A DNA stretch of 32,000 bases from Edaphobacter aggregans (GTDB lineage: Bacteria; Acidobacteriota; Terriglobia; Terriglobales; Acidobacteriaceae): positions 3,270,001 to 3,302,000 of the forward strand of contig NZ_RSDW01000001.1 in the NCBI RefSeq assembly GCF_003945235.1, given 5' to 3'. Positions within the stretch are counted from its first letter, which is position 1, and the number at the start of each line of letters is the position of its first letter. The notes under the pieces are model-generated. The model was not told the origin of the DNA, did no database searches, and was given only the letters and a program-made list of their open reading frames with translations. Positions 1 through 9,031 of the stretch are shown piece by piece. The translations under genes were made by a program, and so were the position numbers.

Positions 1-291
1 AAGAACCGCGAGAAGGCCATGCGAGTCCTACGCGCCCGGCTCTACGAGGTCGAAGAAGAACGCATCCACCAACTTCAGGCCAAGGACCGCAAGCAGCAGG
101 TAGGCTCGGGCGATCGCAGCGAAAAGATCCGCACGTACAACTTCCCTCAGAACCGTGTCACGGATCATCGCATCGGCCTCACCAACCACCAGCTCAACAT
201 GGTCATGGAAGGCATGCTGCAACCCACTGTTGACGCCCTTATCGCCCATTACACAGCGGAGAAACTCAAGGCAGAAGCTACAGCTGCCTAA
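1..291 (+). CDS. prfA: Peptide chain release factor 1, C-terminal part (5' end lies outside the window)
   Basis: Frame 1 is open from base 1 ([21 protein letters not shown]...), so the ORF-track start at 19 is internal. The block [26 protein letters not shown] is the RF1-type class-I release factor C-terminal region. TAA at 289-291. prmC follows on the same strand about 4 kb downstream. Confidence 0.9.
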   Translation, partial: KNREKAMRVLRARLYEVEEERIHQLQAKDRKQQVGSGDRSEKIRTYNFPQNRVTDHRIGLTNHQLNMVMEGMLQPTVDALIAHYTAEKLKAEATAA

Positions 292-310
292 TCCGCGTTA
301 GATCTTCAGT

Positions 311-345
311 AGAAAAATGCCGGAGCCAATGGCGGCTCCGGCATT
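311..345. terminator. Bidirectional intrinsic terminator between convergent prfA and the 391..1797 gene
   Basis: GC stem 319-327 (gccggagcc) pairs with 334-342 (ggctccggc) and extends with A/T pairs 316-318/343-345. It is preceded by an A5 run (313-317), which reads as a T-run after the hairpin on the minus strand. It lies about 25 nt after the prfA stop and about 45 nt after the minus-strand gene stop. Confidence 0.6.
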
Positions 346-390
346 GAGTTTAAGCACTGCGCTTATTTCTACTGCGCGTCTAATTCGCTG

Positions 391-1797
391 TTAGTTCAGC
401 TGATCGACGTGCCGGGCCAGCAATACAGAATTGCCCGATAGAGGATCTTTGACCAGCAAGCCGACCACACGGATGTTGGATCCCGCCGTCAGGCTAGTCA
501 TACTGGTAAGTCCATCACGGAAGTCGGTAGCGGTGCCGAGGTAGACCGTCACCGGTCCCGGCACGAGCAGGCCGGCAAATCCGTTGATATTCATCTGGAA
601 CGTATCGTTGCCACTATTCATACTGCCGGCGACGACTGTTCCATTGAATCCCCAGTTGCGCAGCACAACTCGCTTCGCCGTAACTGCCTGGGCATTTGTT
701 GCTCCACTTGCTGGGCCACCAATCGAGACATGCTGTCCCGGCAAGAGTGCCTTGGAGTTGAACAGGAATTGCGTCAGCGGATTATGCATCCAGTAGATAA
801 AGTATTTCTCGTTCCCGGTGAGATTGACCGTGGCAATCTGTCCGAGCGAAAGCCCTGTCGTCGTCGGCAACAAATCACGCACATATAAATCGAAGCTGGT
901 GGCAGTGCCCGACGGTGGCTGCACGTATGTCACTTGTCCGCCCGCATGGAAACCATCCTGCGAGAGAATCGCCACCTCATCGGCGGTGATCGTCGAGTCA
1001 GCGGTTGCAATCGTGCCCGAGACTTCCACGATGCTGCTCGTGGTCAGATCGCTCAGGCTTTCGCTGTTGTCGAACTCAGTCTGTCCATTCACCTGGACCG
1101 TGAACTGGCGTCCGTGCGGTCCCTGAATGACGAAGGATTGTCCCGAGGCATTGACGCTGACGACCGCCGCATCGAAGTCGTCGATATGTCCGCCAGAGTC
1201 GCTCGGTGCGACGGCGGTGACATTGAAAGTCGGTGTGACATTGCCGGTGATCTGGCCGGTGCTATCTACCTGAATCGACTTATACAAATCGAAGTCGACT
1301 CGCAGGCCAACTGGTCCAGTCTGGCTCACAATAAGCGGTGTCGGCAGAGTCACTTTGATCGTACTCGTCGACAACGTGGCCGGTTCTGTCTGAACGGTAG
1401 GCGCCGCTCCAGCCTGCGTGTTCAGATAGCCGATTGTCGTGGTGCCAAGCGTGATCTGCACGCTGTTGTAAGTGCCTACCGGTACCGCGTTCAGATCGAG
1501 CAGCGTCTGAAGGCCGTTGTAGCGCGCAAAGTCCACCGTCGGTGTGCCGCTGACAAGAGACACGCTGTTTCCACTCGAGTCAATCGCATTCACGCTCTGT
1601 ATCTGGGTCGTAAATGAGATAACACCCGCGACAGGTGCATCGGTGCCAATCACGAACGCATTGCCGGTGACCGCGTTCGTCGTAGTTGTCGTGGTGCTGG
1701 CAGTGTTGGAGCCCGAGCAACCCGCTACCAGCATCGCTGCAAGCGGCACAGATACAAACGCGATCAAAGACCTGATGCCATAATTTTGATGAGACAT
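391..1797 (-). CDS. Secreted lipoprotein, DUF4382-like N-terminal domain followed by beta-rich T/S/G/V repeats
   Basis: The ORF-track ORF runs to 1893, but ATG at 1797 gives MSHQNYGIRSLIAFVSVPLAAMLVAGC|SGS, a signal peptide with lipobox LVAGC. It is preceded by GAGGAAAGG (complement of 1805-1813) 7 nt upstream. The segment NAFVIGTDAPVAGVISFTTQIQSVNAI resembles DUF4382; this is from memory of the family, not searched. Confidence 0.7.
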   Translation of the reverse strand: MSHQNYGIRSLIAFVSVPLAAMLVAGCSGSNTASTTTTTTNAVTGNAFVIGTDAPVAGVISFTTQIQSVNAIDSSGNSVSLVSGTPTVDFARYNGLQTLLDLNAVPVGTYNSVQITLGTTTIGYLNTQAGAAPTVQTEPATLSTSTIKVTLPTPLIVSQTGPVGLRVDFDLYKSIQVDSTGQITGNVTPTFNVTAVAPSDSGGHIDDFDAAVVSVNASGQSFVIQGPHGRQFTVQVNGQTEFDNSESLSDLTTSSIVEVSGTIATADSTITADEVAILSQDGFHAGGQVTYVQPPSGTATSFDLYVRDLLPTTTGLSLGQIATVNLTGNEKYFIYWMHNPLTQFLFNSKALLPGQHVSIGGPASGATNAQAVTAKRVVLRNWGFNGTVVAGSMNSGNDTFQMNINGFAGLLVPGPVTVYLGTATDFRDGLTSMTSLTAGSNIRVVGLLVKDPLSGNSVLLARHVDQLN

Positions 1798-2370
1798 AGT
1801 CGAACCTTTCCTCTCTCTTTCGATAAAGCAGTGAAGCAATCCAGATGCAGAGCAACATGCGACTGCTGACGTTTCGGAAAAATTGCGCACCAAGGCTTTC
1901 TCGTGAGGAGATGCCTCCTCTCAAGTCGAACCACACAACCAATCAGAAAAATGGGTACTCACAGCAAGTCGGAGGAGTCGAACCAGCATGTTCGCTGCCC
2001 TCGACGCTTCGAGTCATCACAATAAGTTCGCGTGACGGTGTGAGATCTGACTGTCTTCACTTATCGTCACTGGCCGTACGAACACAGCAAGTTGAAAAAA
2101 GTGTCGCGGAAAAAGAATCGGCTTCCCTAAAAGTGTCATCGGGGCAATCCTTGGGCAGAAGCACCAAGTGCCGGCGCTCAAATCTCCATATAAGGCCGAT
2201 GAGGCCTGATGTGTGCGTCATCCAAAACTCCTAACCAAAGAAGGGTAGTCACTTAACGCTGGCCAATATCCCGGCACTCCCACCCCATCGTCATGCCCAA
2301 CCCAGATTCCATTTAGCTTGGCACTCGTCCAGCGCGTAGGCGACAATTCGTTTAATCACGGAGCCTCAGT

Positions 2371-3219
2371 TTGCGATTCTCGGCCAACCCAATCGTCCCG
2401 ATAAGCCTGATAGTAGCGGCCCTGGTCTTTGTCCTACCCAGCGTGGCCCAGCAGCAAACTTCTCCGTCCGACACCGACCTCCCGATCGAAGGCATTCTGC
2501 TTCGCCTGCAGATTCATCTTTGGAACTACATGGCCAACGTCCCCAGCTTCTTCTGCGACGAGCACGTCATCTCCGACATCAGTCAGATACGACTGACCGC
2601 CCGCAGCGTCGCAAACTCCGGCCGCACCACAACGGACTCCATCTTCCATCTCAAGCGCTCCGATCCCGGCGTCGTTCCAGTGCGGCTCACCGAAGCCCGC
2701 GAAATCAAAGCCGTGAACAATAAGCCCGCTCAAGGTGAAGCGATCACCGGTCCGGCCATCTTCTCGGGAGCCTTCAGCAGTGGTCTCAACGTCGTCTCTC
2801 TCGATCTCATGCCCTGCTATGACTATCGTGTCGTTCCGGGTCAGCGTCTTCACCACGCCCCGGTACTCGTCATCGACTACGCTCTCAAAGCATCCGTTGC
2901 CGCCAATAACAACTGTCCCGGCCCCGAAGCGGAAACGGGCCGCGCCTATATCGATCCCCAGACCTTCCAGCTTCTCCGCATAGAGATGCGCACGCCGAAC
3001 CACGAACTCACCCCCGGAAGCAGCACCCTTACCCTGTGGACATGGTCCGTCGACTACGCTCCCGTCACCTTTGACAACAAACTCTTCTGGATGCCAAAGA
3101 CCATCGATTCGGCGGTCACGGCCAACGACGGCAGCACCCGATGGTCCTTCGCCGCAACCTATCGCAACTATCACAAGCTCAACGTCACCTCTCGCATCGT
3201 CACCACCAGCGACAACTAG
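2371..3219 (+). CDS. Secreted hypothetical protein (no family recognised)
   Basis: TTG start at 2371 with GGAG at 2360-2363 (7-nt spacing). The N-terminus MRFSANPIVPISLIVAALVFVLPSVAQQ looks like a signal peptide. C-ending codon usage matches the other plus-strand genes in this part of the window. Confidence 0.6.
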   Translation: MRFSANPIVPISLIVAALVFVLPSVAQQQTSPSDTDLPIEGILLRLQIHLWNYMANVPSFFCDEHVISDISQIRLTARSVANSGRTTTDSIFHLKRSDPGVVPVRLTEAREIKAVNNKPAQGEAITGPAIFSGAFSSGLNVVSLDLMPCYDYRVVPGQRLHHAPVLVIDYALKASVAANNNCPGPEAETGRAYIDPQTFQLLRIEMRTPNHELTPGSSTLTLWTWSVDYAPVTFDNKLFWMPKTIDSAVTANDGSTRWSFAATYRNYHKLNVTSRIVTTSDN

Positions 3220-3305
3220 CCAACACGCCCCCACGTCAGCGACAATCCATACGGACATTGCCAGCAGCGAATCAGCGACAGTAACAAACGAAGGAGTTCC
3301 CGAAC

Positions 3306-4151
3306 ATGCACCAGCAGCGTCTCGTCTTCCAGCGCATCGCAAGCGCAATCACCCAAGCCGCGGCTGCACTCTGTTTGGTCTTCTCCCTGCCGACGACGTC
3401 CCTTAACGCTCAGTCTCAGGTTCCACCTCTCGCCGGCATTGCCCACGTGGCTATCCGCGTCCATGACCTTGCGGCCGCGCGAGACTTCTACGCCAAACTC
3501 GGTTTTCAGGAAGCCTTCAACCTAGCGAAAGGCGGCGTCGTCTACGAGTCCTTCATCAAGATCAATGACCACCAGTTCATCGAGCTCTACCCCGTCACCG
3601 CCAAGGATCCGAAGGCAGGATTCCTCCACCTCTGCTTCGAAGGCGACGACCTCAACGCCATCCACGACGACTACGCCAGCCGTGGTCTCACTCCCACCCC
3701 AGTTCGCAAAGCCGGGGCCGGGAACCTCCTCTTCACCATGGTCGGCCCTGAGCATCAGAACATCGAGTACACCCAGTACATGCCGGGTTCCCTCCACTAC
3801 AACGACCGGGGCAAGCACCTCGACGAAGACCGCATCGCCGACCGTATGGTCTCCGTCTCCCTCGCCATGCAGGACACCGCCGCTGCTCGCGACTTCTACA
3901 TCAACCAGCTCGCCTTCAAGTCCATCGCAGGCGACCCCATGTTCCTCCACCTTCCCGGAGACTCCGGTCAGGAGGTCGAGATCGCCCAAGCTGTTCTCGG
4001 CTCTCGCGCCAAAATGATCCTCGAAACCAAAAGCCTCACGAAGGCCGCACACCTCCTTCACAAGCAGCAGATCACGGATACCAAGATAAAGAACGACCTG
4101 GCAGTCACCGACCCTGACGGCAACATCATCCTCATCGAAGCCCGCTGGTAA
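3306..4151 (+). CDS. Secreted VOC (glyoxalase/bleomycin-resistance/dioxygenase fold) family protein, two tandem modules
   Basis: ATG at 3306 preceded by AAGGAG (3291-3296). Signal-peptide-like N-terminus ending ...SLNAQSQ. Two VOC-type modules begin GIAHVAIRVHDLAAARDFYAKLGF and MVSVSLAMQDTAAARDFYINQLAF. Confidence 0.8.
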   Translation: MHQQRLVFQRIASAITQAAAALCLVFSLPTTSLNAQSQVPPLAGIAHVAIRVHDLAAARDFYAKLGFQEAFNLAKGGVVYESFIKINDHQFIELYPVTAKDPKAGFLHLCFEGDDLNAIHDDYASRGLTPTPVRKAGAGNLLFTMVGPEHQNIEYTQYMPGSLHYNDRGKHLDEDRIADRMVSVSLAMQDTAAARDFYINQLAFKSIAGDPMFLHLPGDSGQEVEIAQAVLGSRAKMILETKSLTKAAHLLHKQQITDTKIKNDLAVTDPDGNIILIEARW

Positions 4152-4214
4152 AAACACATTCCGCTGAAGCACTGCAGCTCTCTCCTGCTTTAGAATCCTC
4201 ATCGAAGAAAGATG

Positions 4215-4296
4215 TGTCATCCTGAGCGAGCGCAGTGAGTCGTCGCGCCTGTCCTGAGCGAAGTCGAAGGAACCCGGGTTGGTTTTACTTTTGCTC
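4215..4296. repeat. Short intergenic repeat of the GTCATCC... family with an internal duplication
   Basis: The sequence is tgtcatcctgagcgagcgcagtgagtcg...gtcctgagcgaagtcgaaggaacc. The core tcctgagcga occurs twice (4219-4241 and 4252-4270). The same gtcatcc core heads the repeats at 16316-16442. Its minus-strand translation (..SLRSLRMT..) forms the N-terminus of the spurious ORF 3522..4310. Confidence 0.5.
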
Positions 4297-4334
4297 ATAA
4301 CCTCAGCCAAGGGAATCGCAGCCCTAAAACTCCC

Positions 4335-5201
4335 ATGATCACTCTCCGCCAGTCACTTACCGCCGCGACGCAGCAACTGGCCACCGACGAGCACCTCCGC
4401 GCCGAAGCCCCGCGCGACGCCGAACTCCTTCTCCTCCACACGCTGCAAATCCCTCGCGCGACCCTCCTTGCCCATCCTGAGCTCGAACTCACCTCCGATC
4501 AGCTCTATCTCTACGAACAGACCATCCACCGTCGCCTGCAATACGAGCCCGTCCAATACATTACCGGTCAGCAGGAGTTCTACGGTCTCACTCTCCGCGT
4601 CTCCCCCGCCGTCCTCATCCCCCGACCCGAGACCGAGCACCTGGTCGAATCCGTCCTCGCCCGCCTCCCCCACGACCACCCCGTCTCCATCGCCGACGTA
4701 GGCACCGGCTCCGGAGCGATCGCCATCGCGCTGGCTGTGCATCTTCCCGAAGCCCACGTGACGGCTCTCGACCTCTCCACCGAGGCCCTTCACCTCGCCC
4801 AGCTTAACGCCGAAAACCACAACGTAGCCCACCGCATCCGTTTCCTCCATTCCGATCTCTTCGCCGCTCTGCCACCCGGTGCGGCCTTCGACGCCATCGT
4901 CAGCAACCCTCCCTACGTTCCCACCTCCGACCGCCCGGACCTCCATCCCCAGGTTCGCGAGTACGAGCCCGTTACCGCTCTCTTTGCAGGCTCAGACGGC
5001 CTCGATATCTACCGCCGCCTCATCCCCCAGGCCCAGCACCTGCTCAAACCCAATGGCCTCCTCGCACTCGAGATTGGCCAGGGCCAGCAGGCGTCTCTCA
5101 CAGCTCTTCTCGAAAGCTGGCGAGATCTCTTTTTTATCAATGACCTCCAGCAAATCCCTCGCGTTGCCGTCGCCACCCGGCCTTCCGCAACTCACGCCTG
5201 A
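4335..5201 (+). CDS. prmC: Release factor glutamine N5-methyltransferase (HemK/PrmC)
   Basis: SAM-binding motif IADVGTGSGAIA and catalytic IVSNPPYVP (NPPY). Size is 288 aa. It is linked on the same strand to prfA. Confidence 0.9.
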   Translation: MITLRQSLTAATQQLATDEHLRAEAPRDAELLLLHTLQIPRATLLAHPELELTSDQLYLYEQTIHRRLQYEPVQYITGQQEFYGLTLRVSPAVLIPRPETEHLVESVLARLPHDHPVSIADVGTGSGAIAIALAVHLPEAHVTALDLSTEALHLAQLNAENHNVAHRIRFLHSDLFAALPPGAAFDAIVSNPPYVPTSDRPDLHPQVREYEPVTALFAGSDGLDIYRRLIPQAQHLLKPNGLLALEIGQGQQASLTALLESWRDLFFINDLQQIPRVAVATRPSATHA

Positions 5202-5281
5202 TCAAGAAAAAGCTGCTCCCGCGGCCTGTTAATTTCTTGGTATCCCCATCGGAATTTGTCTCTAATGAAATTGATTTCGAT

Positions 5282-5311
5282 TTGACATCTCTTAAACCGG
5301 ACACATATAGT
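5282..5311 (+). promoter_or_regulatory. Sigma-70-type promoter of the first TonB-dependent receptor gene
   Basis: TTGACA (5282-5287), an 18-nt spacer, then TATAGT (5306-5311), about 84 nt upstream of the ATG. The same hexamers, spacing and downstream CCTC..CGATT recur at 8932-8972. Confidence 0.5.
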
Positions 5312-5394
5312 CCTCCACGATTAAGTAAGACCAATCTCTACGTTTCGCACAGACGAAACCAAACCCCCAACCAACAATTTCGAGAGGCTACTTT

Positions 5395-8300
5395 ATGCGG
5401 TTACTAAGAGCAGTTGGACGATTTACTAAGGGCGTATCCCATATCGCCCTCTGCGCGACACTTCTTCTGAGCTTAGGTTCCCTCATCGCGTACGCCCAGA
5501 CCGCCGGTACCGCCAGCATTCAGGGAACCGTGACCGATCCCACAGGTGCCGCCGTCCCCGACGCCAAGGTCACCGTGACCAACACCGATACGGCGACCAC
5601 ACGTTCCACCGTCTCCGACGCAGCAGGCCTCTTCAGTCTCCCCAACATTCCCGTCGGCGCCTACTCCCTCTCTGTTGAAGCAACCGGCTTCAGCGGCTTC
5701 GTCCAGAAGGGCATCCTCGAAGTCGGCAATAACGCTCAGATCAACCCCACACTCAAGGTCGGTAGCTCCTCAGAGCACATTGAAGTTCAGGCCTCCGGCG
5801 TCTCCCTCGAGACCGAGACCAGCAGCTTCAAGCAGGTCATCGACCAGCAGCGCATCACGGAGCTCCCACTCAACGGACGCCAGGCCACCCAGCTCATTCT
5901 CGTCGCTGGTGGCGCCGTCAATGCGCCCGGTAACGACATCAACGGCAGCAAAACCTACGCCAACACTCCCGTTATCTCTGTCGCGGGCAGCCAGGGCGTC
6001 TACAACAACTACGTCCTCGACGGCGGCAGCCACACCGATACCTTCACCAACACCAATCTGCCCTATCCGTTCCCCGACGCACTCCGCGAGTTTTCTGTCG
6101 AAGCCAACTCTTTGCCCGCCCGCAATGGTCTCCACCCCGGGTCTCTGGTCAACGTTGTTACCGTCTCCGGCACGAACCAGTGGCATGGCAGCGTCTTCGA
6201 GTTCCTTCGCAACAATGTCATCAACGCCAACAACTTCTTCTCACCCACCAAGGACACCCTCAAGCGCAACCAGTTCGGTGGCACCGTCGGCGGAAAGATC
6301 ATCACCGACAAGATGTTCTTCTTCTTCGGCTACCAAGGCACGCGCGAGCGCAAGACCAGCAGCGCTACCGGCTACTGCGTTCCCACTCCTGCCGAGCTCT
6401 CTGGAGACTTCAGCCAGATGGGCACTGCCGCAACTGGCAGCGGCTGTCCGATAACTGCCACCGCCATCGTTGACCCGGTGACTGGCGTCAACATCTCGGC
6501 TACCCGCAAGCTCCCTGCCAGCAGCATCAATCAGCAGGCTCTCAACCTCTCCGCGATGCTTCCCAACTCTCAGGCTGACAAGTACGGTCGCGTCAACGTG
6601 TCTCTGCCCGGCAACAACAACGAAAATCAGTACATCGGCCGCGTCGACTACACCTTCCACCAGAACCACAGCTTCTTCGGCCGCTACTTCATCACCAACT
6701 ACAACGCGCCTGCCTACTTCTCGCCGACCAACCTTCTCCTCACCACCATCGCCGGCAACGACGAGCGCGTCCAGAGCTTCACCCTCGGCTACACGTACAT
6801 CATCTCCCCCCGGATCGTGAACACCTTTCACGGAACCTACGCTCGCCGCCGCAACAATCGTGGTCCCACGGCTGGCGGTATCAATGCCAACACGCTCGGC
6901 ATCAACATGTTTACCTACGTGCCCGATGACTTCCGCCTGACCATCACCAACGGCTTCTCCGTCGGTTGCGGTACCTGCTCACCGGGCTTCTTCAACACCA
7001 ACACCGAAGACTTCTCCGACGACGTCGATTTCATCCACGGCAAGCATCAGATCGCCTTCGGTGGTGAGGTCATCCGCACCGGCGACAACACCCAGGCCGG
7101 CTACCTCCAGAACGGCAGCTTCAACTTCGGTGGCGCCTCAAGCGGCGTCGGCGGAAAGACCGGCGAACCGATGATCGACTTCATCGGTGGCAAATTGAGC
7201 AACATCGGCACCTCTACCGCCTTCAGCCAGAGCAAGGCCCAGCAGACCGCCTACCGCCAGACCCTTTTCAGCCTCTACGTGCAGGACACCTACCACTTCA
7301 ACCCCCGCCTCACGGCTAACGTCGGCCTCCGCTGGGAGCCTGAGTTCTTCCCCATCGACAACTTCCATCGCGGCAGCACCTTCGATAAGAACGCCTTCAT
7401 CGCCGGCCAGCGCAGCACGGTTTTCGTCAACGCCCCTGCAGGCTCCTTCTTCTACGGCGATCCCGGTGTTCCCGCGTCATTCACCGACAATCGTCTCGCC
7501 AACTTCTCGCCCCGCGTCTCCGTGACGTTTGATCCCTTCGGCTCCGGAAAAACTGTCTTCCGTGTCGGCGGTGCCATCATGTACGACAACCCCGCGCTCT
7601 ACACCTCGCAGCGCAACAGCTCCAATCCGCCTTACACCAACGAGATTGACGTTCCCGGCCCGGTCAGCTTCACCAATCCGTGGTCGACCTATCCCGGCGG
7701 CAATCCCTTCCCCATCGCGAATCCCCCACAGACCAACTCTCCCTTCCCGACCAATACGCTCTACGTACTCATCCCGCGTCACATTCAAACTCCAACCATC
7801 AATCAGTGGACCGCCAGCGTTCAGCAGGATCTTGGCCACGGCTGGAACATGTCCATCACTTATCTCGGCAACAAGAACAGTCACCTCTGGCTCGGAACTG
7901 CCCTCAACGCCTCCGTCTTCATCCCCGGCACCTCGACTGGCATCACCGGTTCCTGCGGTGCTCTGACTCCGACCACCGGCTTGCCCGCAGCTGGCACTGC
8001 TTGCTCAACGACCACCAACTCCAACAACCGCACCGCACTCTCTCTGATCAATCCGGTGCAGGGCGCGGGTTACAGCCCCACCATGACCCAGATCGACGAC
8101 GGCAACAACTCCAGCTACAACGGTGTCATCGGCGTCATCCAGCACCGCCTGTCGAACGACTTTAGCTTCCTCGCCAACTACACCTGGTCGCACTGCGTCA
8201 GCGTCGGCGACGCTCCGGGCGACATCGCCGCACCAACCTTTATGAACTCCGCCAACCGTCGGCTTGATCGCGCGGCCTGCGGCTTCGACGTTCGCCACAT

Positions 8301-8826
8301 CTTCAACACAACCCTAGTTGCCTCCAGCCACTTCACCAGCCTCCAGGGCTGGGCCGGCGCGCTGGCCAACAACTGGCAGATCGCCCCGCTCATCCGCATT
8401 ACCAGCGGAGTCCCGTTCAATGTCACCTCGGGCATCGACAACTCGCTCACCGGTATCGGCCTTGATCGCCCGAACCTGGTCAATCCCAACGCTATCTATA
8501 CCGGTGTCAAAATCACTCAGAAGGCGGCCGGCAACCTCACCTATCTGAACAAAGCGGCATTCTCCCAGAACACCGCCGGCACTTACGGCAACCTCGGCCG
8601 GAACGCCGTCCGTACTCCTGGCTACTTTGACTTGGACGCCGCACTCAGCCGCAGCTTCCCCATCCGTGAGCGCTTCGCCTTCATCATCCGCCTTGAGGCT
8701 TTCAACGTCCTCAACCATCCCAACCTCAACACGTTCACCTCGGCGCTGAATTCAAGCACCTTCGGAAACGCTACCGCCGCCGCCGATCCGCGCATCTTCC
8801 AACTGGCCGGAAAGATCACCTTCTAA
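5395..8826 (+). CDS. TonB-dependent outer-membrane receptor with N-terminal carboxypeptidase-regulatory-like domain
   Basis: RBS GAGAGG at 5382-5387. Signal peptide ends ...LIAYAQTAG. CarboxypepD_reg-like segment IQGTVTDPTGAAVPDAKVTVTN...GLFSLPNIPVGAYSLSVEATGF. Plug-region motif ELPLNGRQATQL. Long beta-barrel region ends in the OMP-type terminus ...AGKITF. Confidence 0.9.
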   Translation: MRLLRAVGRFTKGVSHIALCATLLLSLGSLIAYAQTAGTASIQGTVTDPTGAAVPDAKVTVTNTDTATTRSTVSDAAGLFSLPNIPVGAYSLSVEATGFSGFVQKGILEVGNNAQINPTLKVGSSSEHIEVQASGVSLETETSSFKQVIDQQRITELPLNGRQATQLILVAGGAVNAPGNDINGSKTYANTPVISVAGSQGVYNNYVLDGGSHTDTFTNTNLPYPFPDALREFSVEANSLPARNGLHPGSLVNVVTVSGTNQWHGSVFEFLRNNVINANNFFSPTKDTLKRNQFGGTVGGKIITDKMFFFFGYQGTRERKTSSATGYCVPTPAELSGDFSQMGTAATGSGCPITATAIVDPVTGVNISATRKLPASSINQQALNLSAMLPNSQADKYGRVNVSLPGNNNENQYIGRVDYTFHQNHSFFGRYFITNYNAPAYFSPTNLLLTTIAGNDERVQSFTLGYTYIISPRIVNTFHGTYARRRNNRGPTAGGINANTLGINMFTYVPDDFRLTITNGFSVGCGTCSPGFFNTNTEDFSDDVDFIHGKHQIAFGGEVIRTGDNTQAGYLQNGSFNFGGASSGVGGKTGEPMIDFIGGKLSNIGTSTAFSQSKAQQTAYRQTLFSLYVQDTYHFNPRLTANVGLRWEPEFFPIDNFHRGSTFDKNAFIAGQRSTVFVNAPAGSFFYGDPGVPASFTDNRLANFSPRVSVTFDPFGSGKTVFRVGGAIMYDNPALYTSQRNSSNPPYTNEIDVPGPVSFTNPWSTYPGGNPFPIANPPQTNSPFPTNTLYVLIPRHIQTPTINQWTASVQQDLGHGWNMSITYLGNKNSHLWLGTALNASVFIPGTSTGITGSCGALTPTTGLPAAGTACSTTTNSNNRTALSLINPVQGAGYSPTMTQIDDGNNSSYNGVIGVIQHRLSNDFSFLANYTWSHCVSVGDAPGDIAAPTFMNSANRRLDRAACGFDVRHIFNTTLVASSHFTSLQGWAGALANNWQIAPLIRITSGVPFNVTSGIDNSLTGIGLDRPNLVNPNAIYTGVKITQKAAGNLTYLNKAAFSQNTAGTYGNLGRNAVRTPGYFDLDAALSRSFPIRERFAFIIRLEAFNVLNHPNLNTFTSALNSSTFGNATAAADPRIFQLAGKITF

Positions 8827-8850
8827 ACCTAACCATTGCAGCACCAAGGA

Positions 8851-8886
8851 ATAGCCGTCCCGGGTAACCGGGGCGGCTATTTTTTC
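8851..8886 (+). terminator. Intrinsic terminator of the first receptor gene
   Basis: 13-bp stem 8851-8863 (atagccgtcccgg) pairs with 8868-8880 (ccggggcggctat) with one G-U pair, loop gtaa, followed by T5 (8881-8885). It starts 25 nt after the stop. Confidence 0.8.
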
Positions 8887-8931
8887 TTGCACCACGACTC
8901 AAATCGGTCCCCTGGGGGAACGCTAATTTTA

Positions 8932-8961
8932 TTGACACTGGTCCTACCAAACTCTTATAGT
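8932..8961 (+). promoter_or_regulatory. Sigma-70-type promoter of the second TonB-dependent receptor gene
   Basis: TTGACA (8932-8937), an 18-nt spacer, then TATAGT (8956-8961), followed by cctcgccgatt (compare cctccacgatt after the first promoter). Confidence 0.5.
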
Positions 8962-9031
8962 CCTCGCCGATTTGGTATCCACTTTCACCCAGGCCGGCAA
9001 CGAAAGCCAAGAAGGTATAGAGGACATACAA

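Noticed and set aside
1893-1893. ORF-track start at 1893 for the lipoprotein, and TTG 8972 for the second receptor
   Set aside because: The first 32 codons from 1893 precede a complete lipoprotein signal peptide that begins at ATG 1797 with a good RBS. TTG 8972 lies about 10 nt after the predicted -10 box, whereas ATG 9032 has an RBS and starts directly with a signal peptide.
1924-1984. Two AGTCGAACC motifs resembling the complement of a tRNA T-loop (GGTTCGACT)
   Set aside because: The flanking 5-mers do not pair into a T-stem (ggagg/ccagc and tctca/ccaca). No acceptor or anticodon arms can be drawn, so this is not a tRNA or a convincing tRNA remnant.
934-6454. Other long shadow ORFs in the left part of the window (934..1617, 2434..3348, 3522..4310, 3565..4017, 4353..4946, 5675..6454)
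   Set aside because: Each overlaps a gene with clear family motifs and has biased low-complexity composition. The N-terminus of 3522..4310 is simply the translation of the 4215-4296 repeat.
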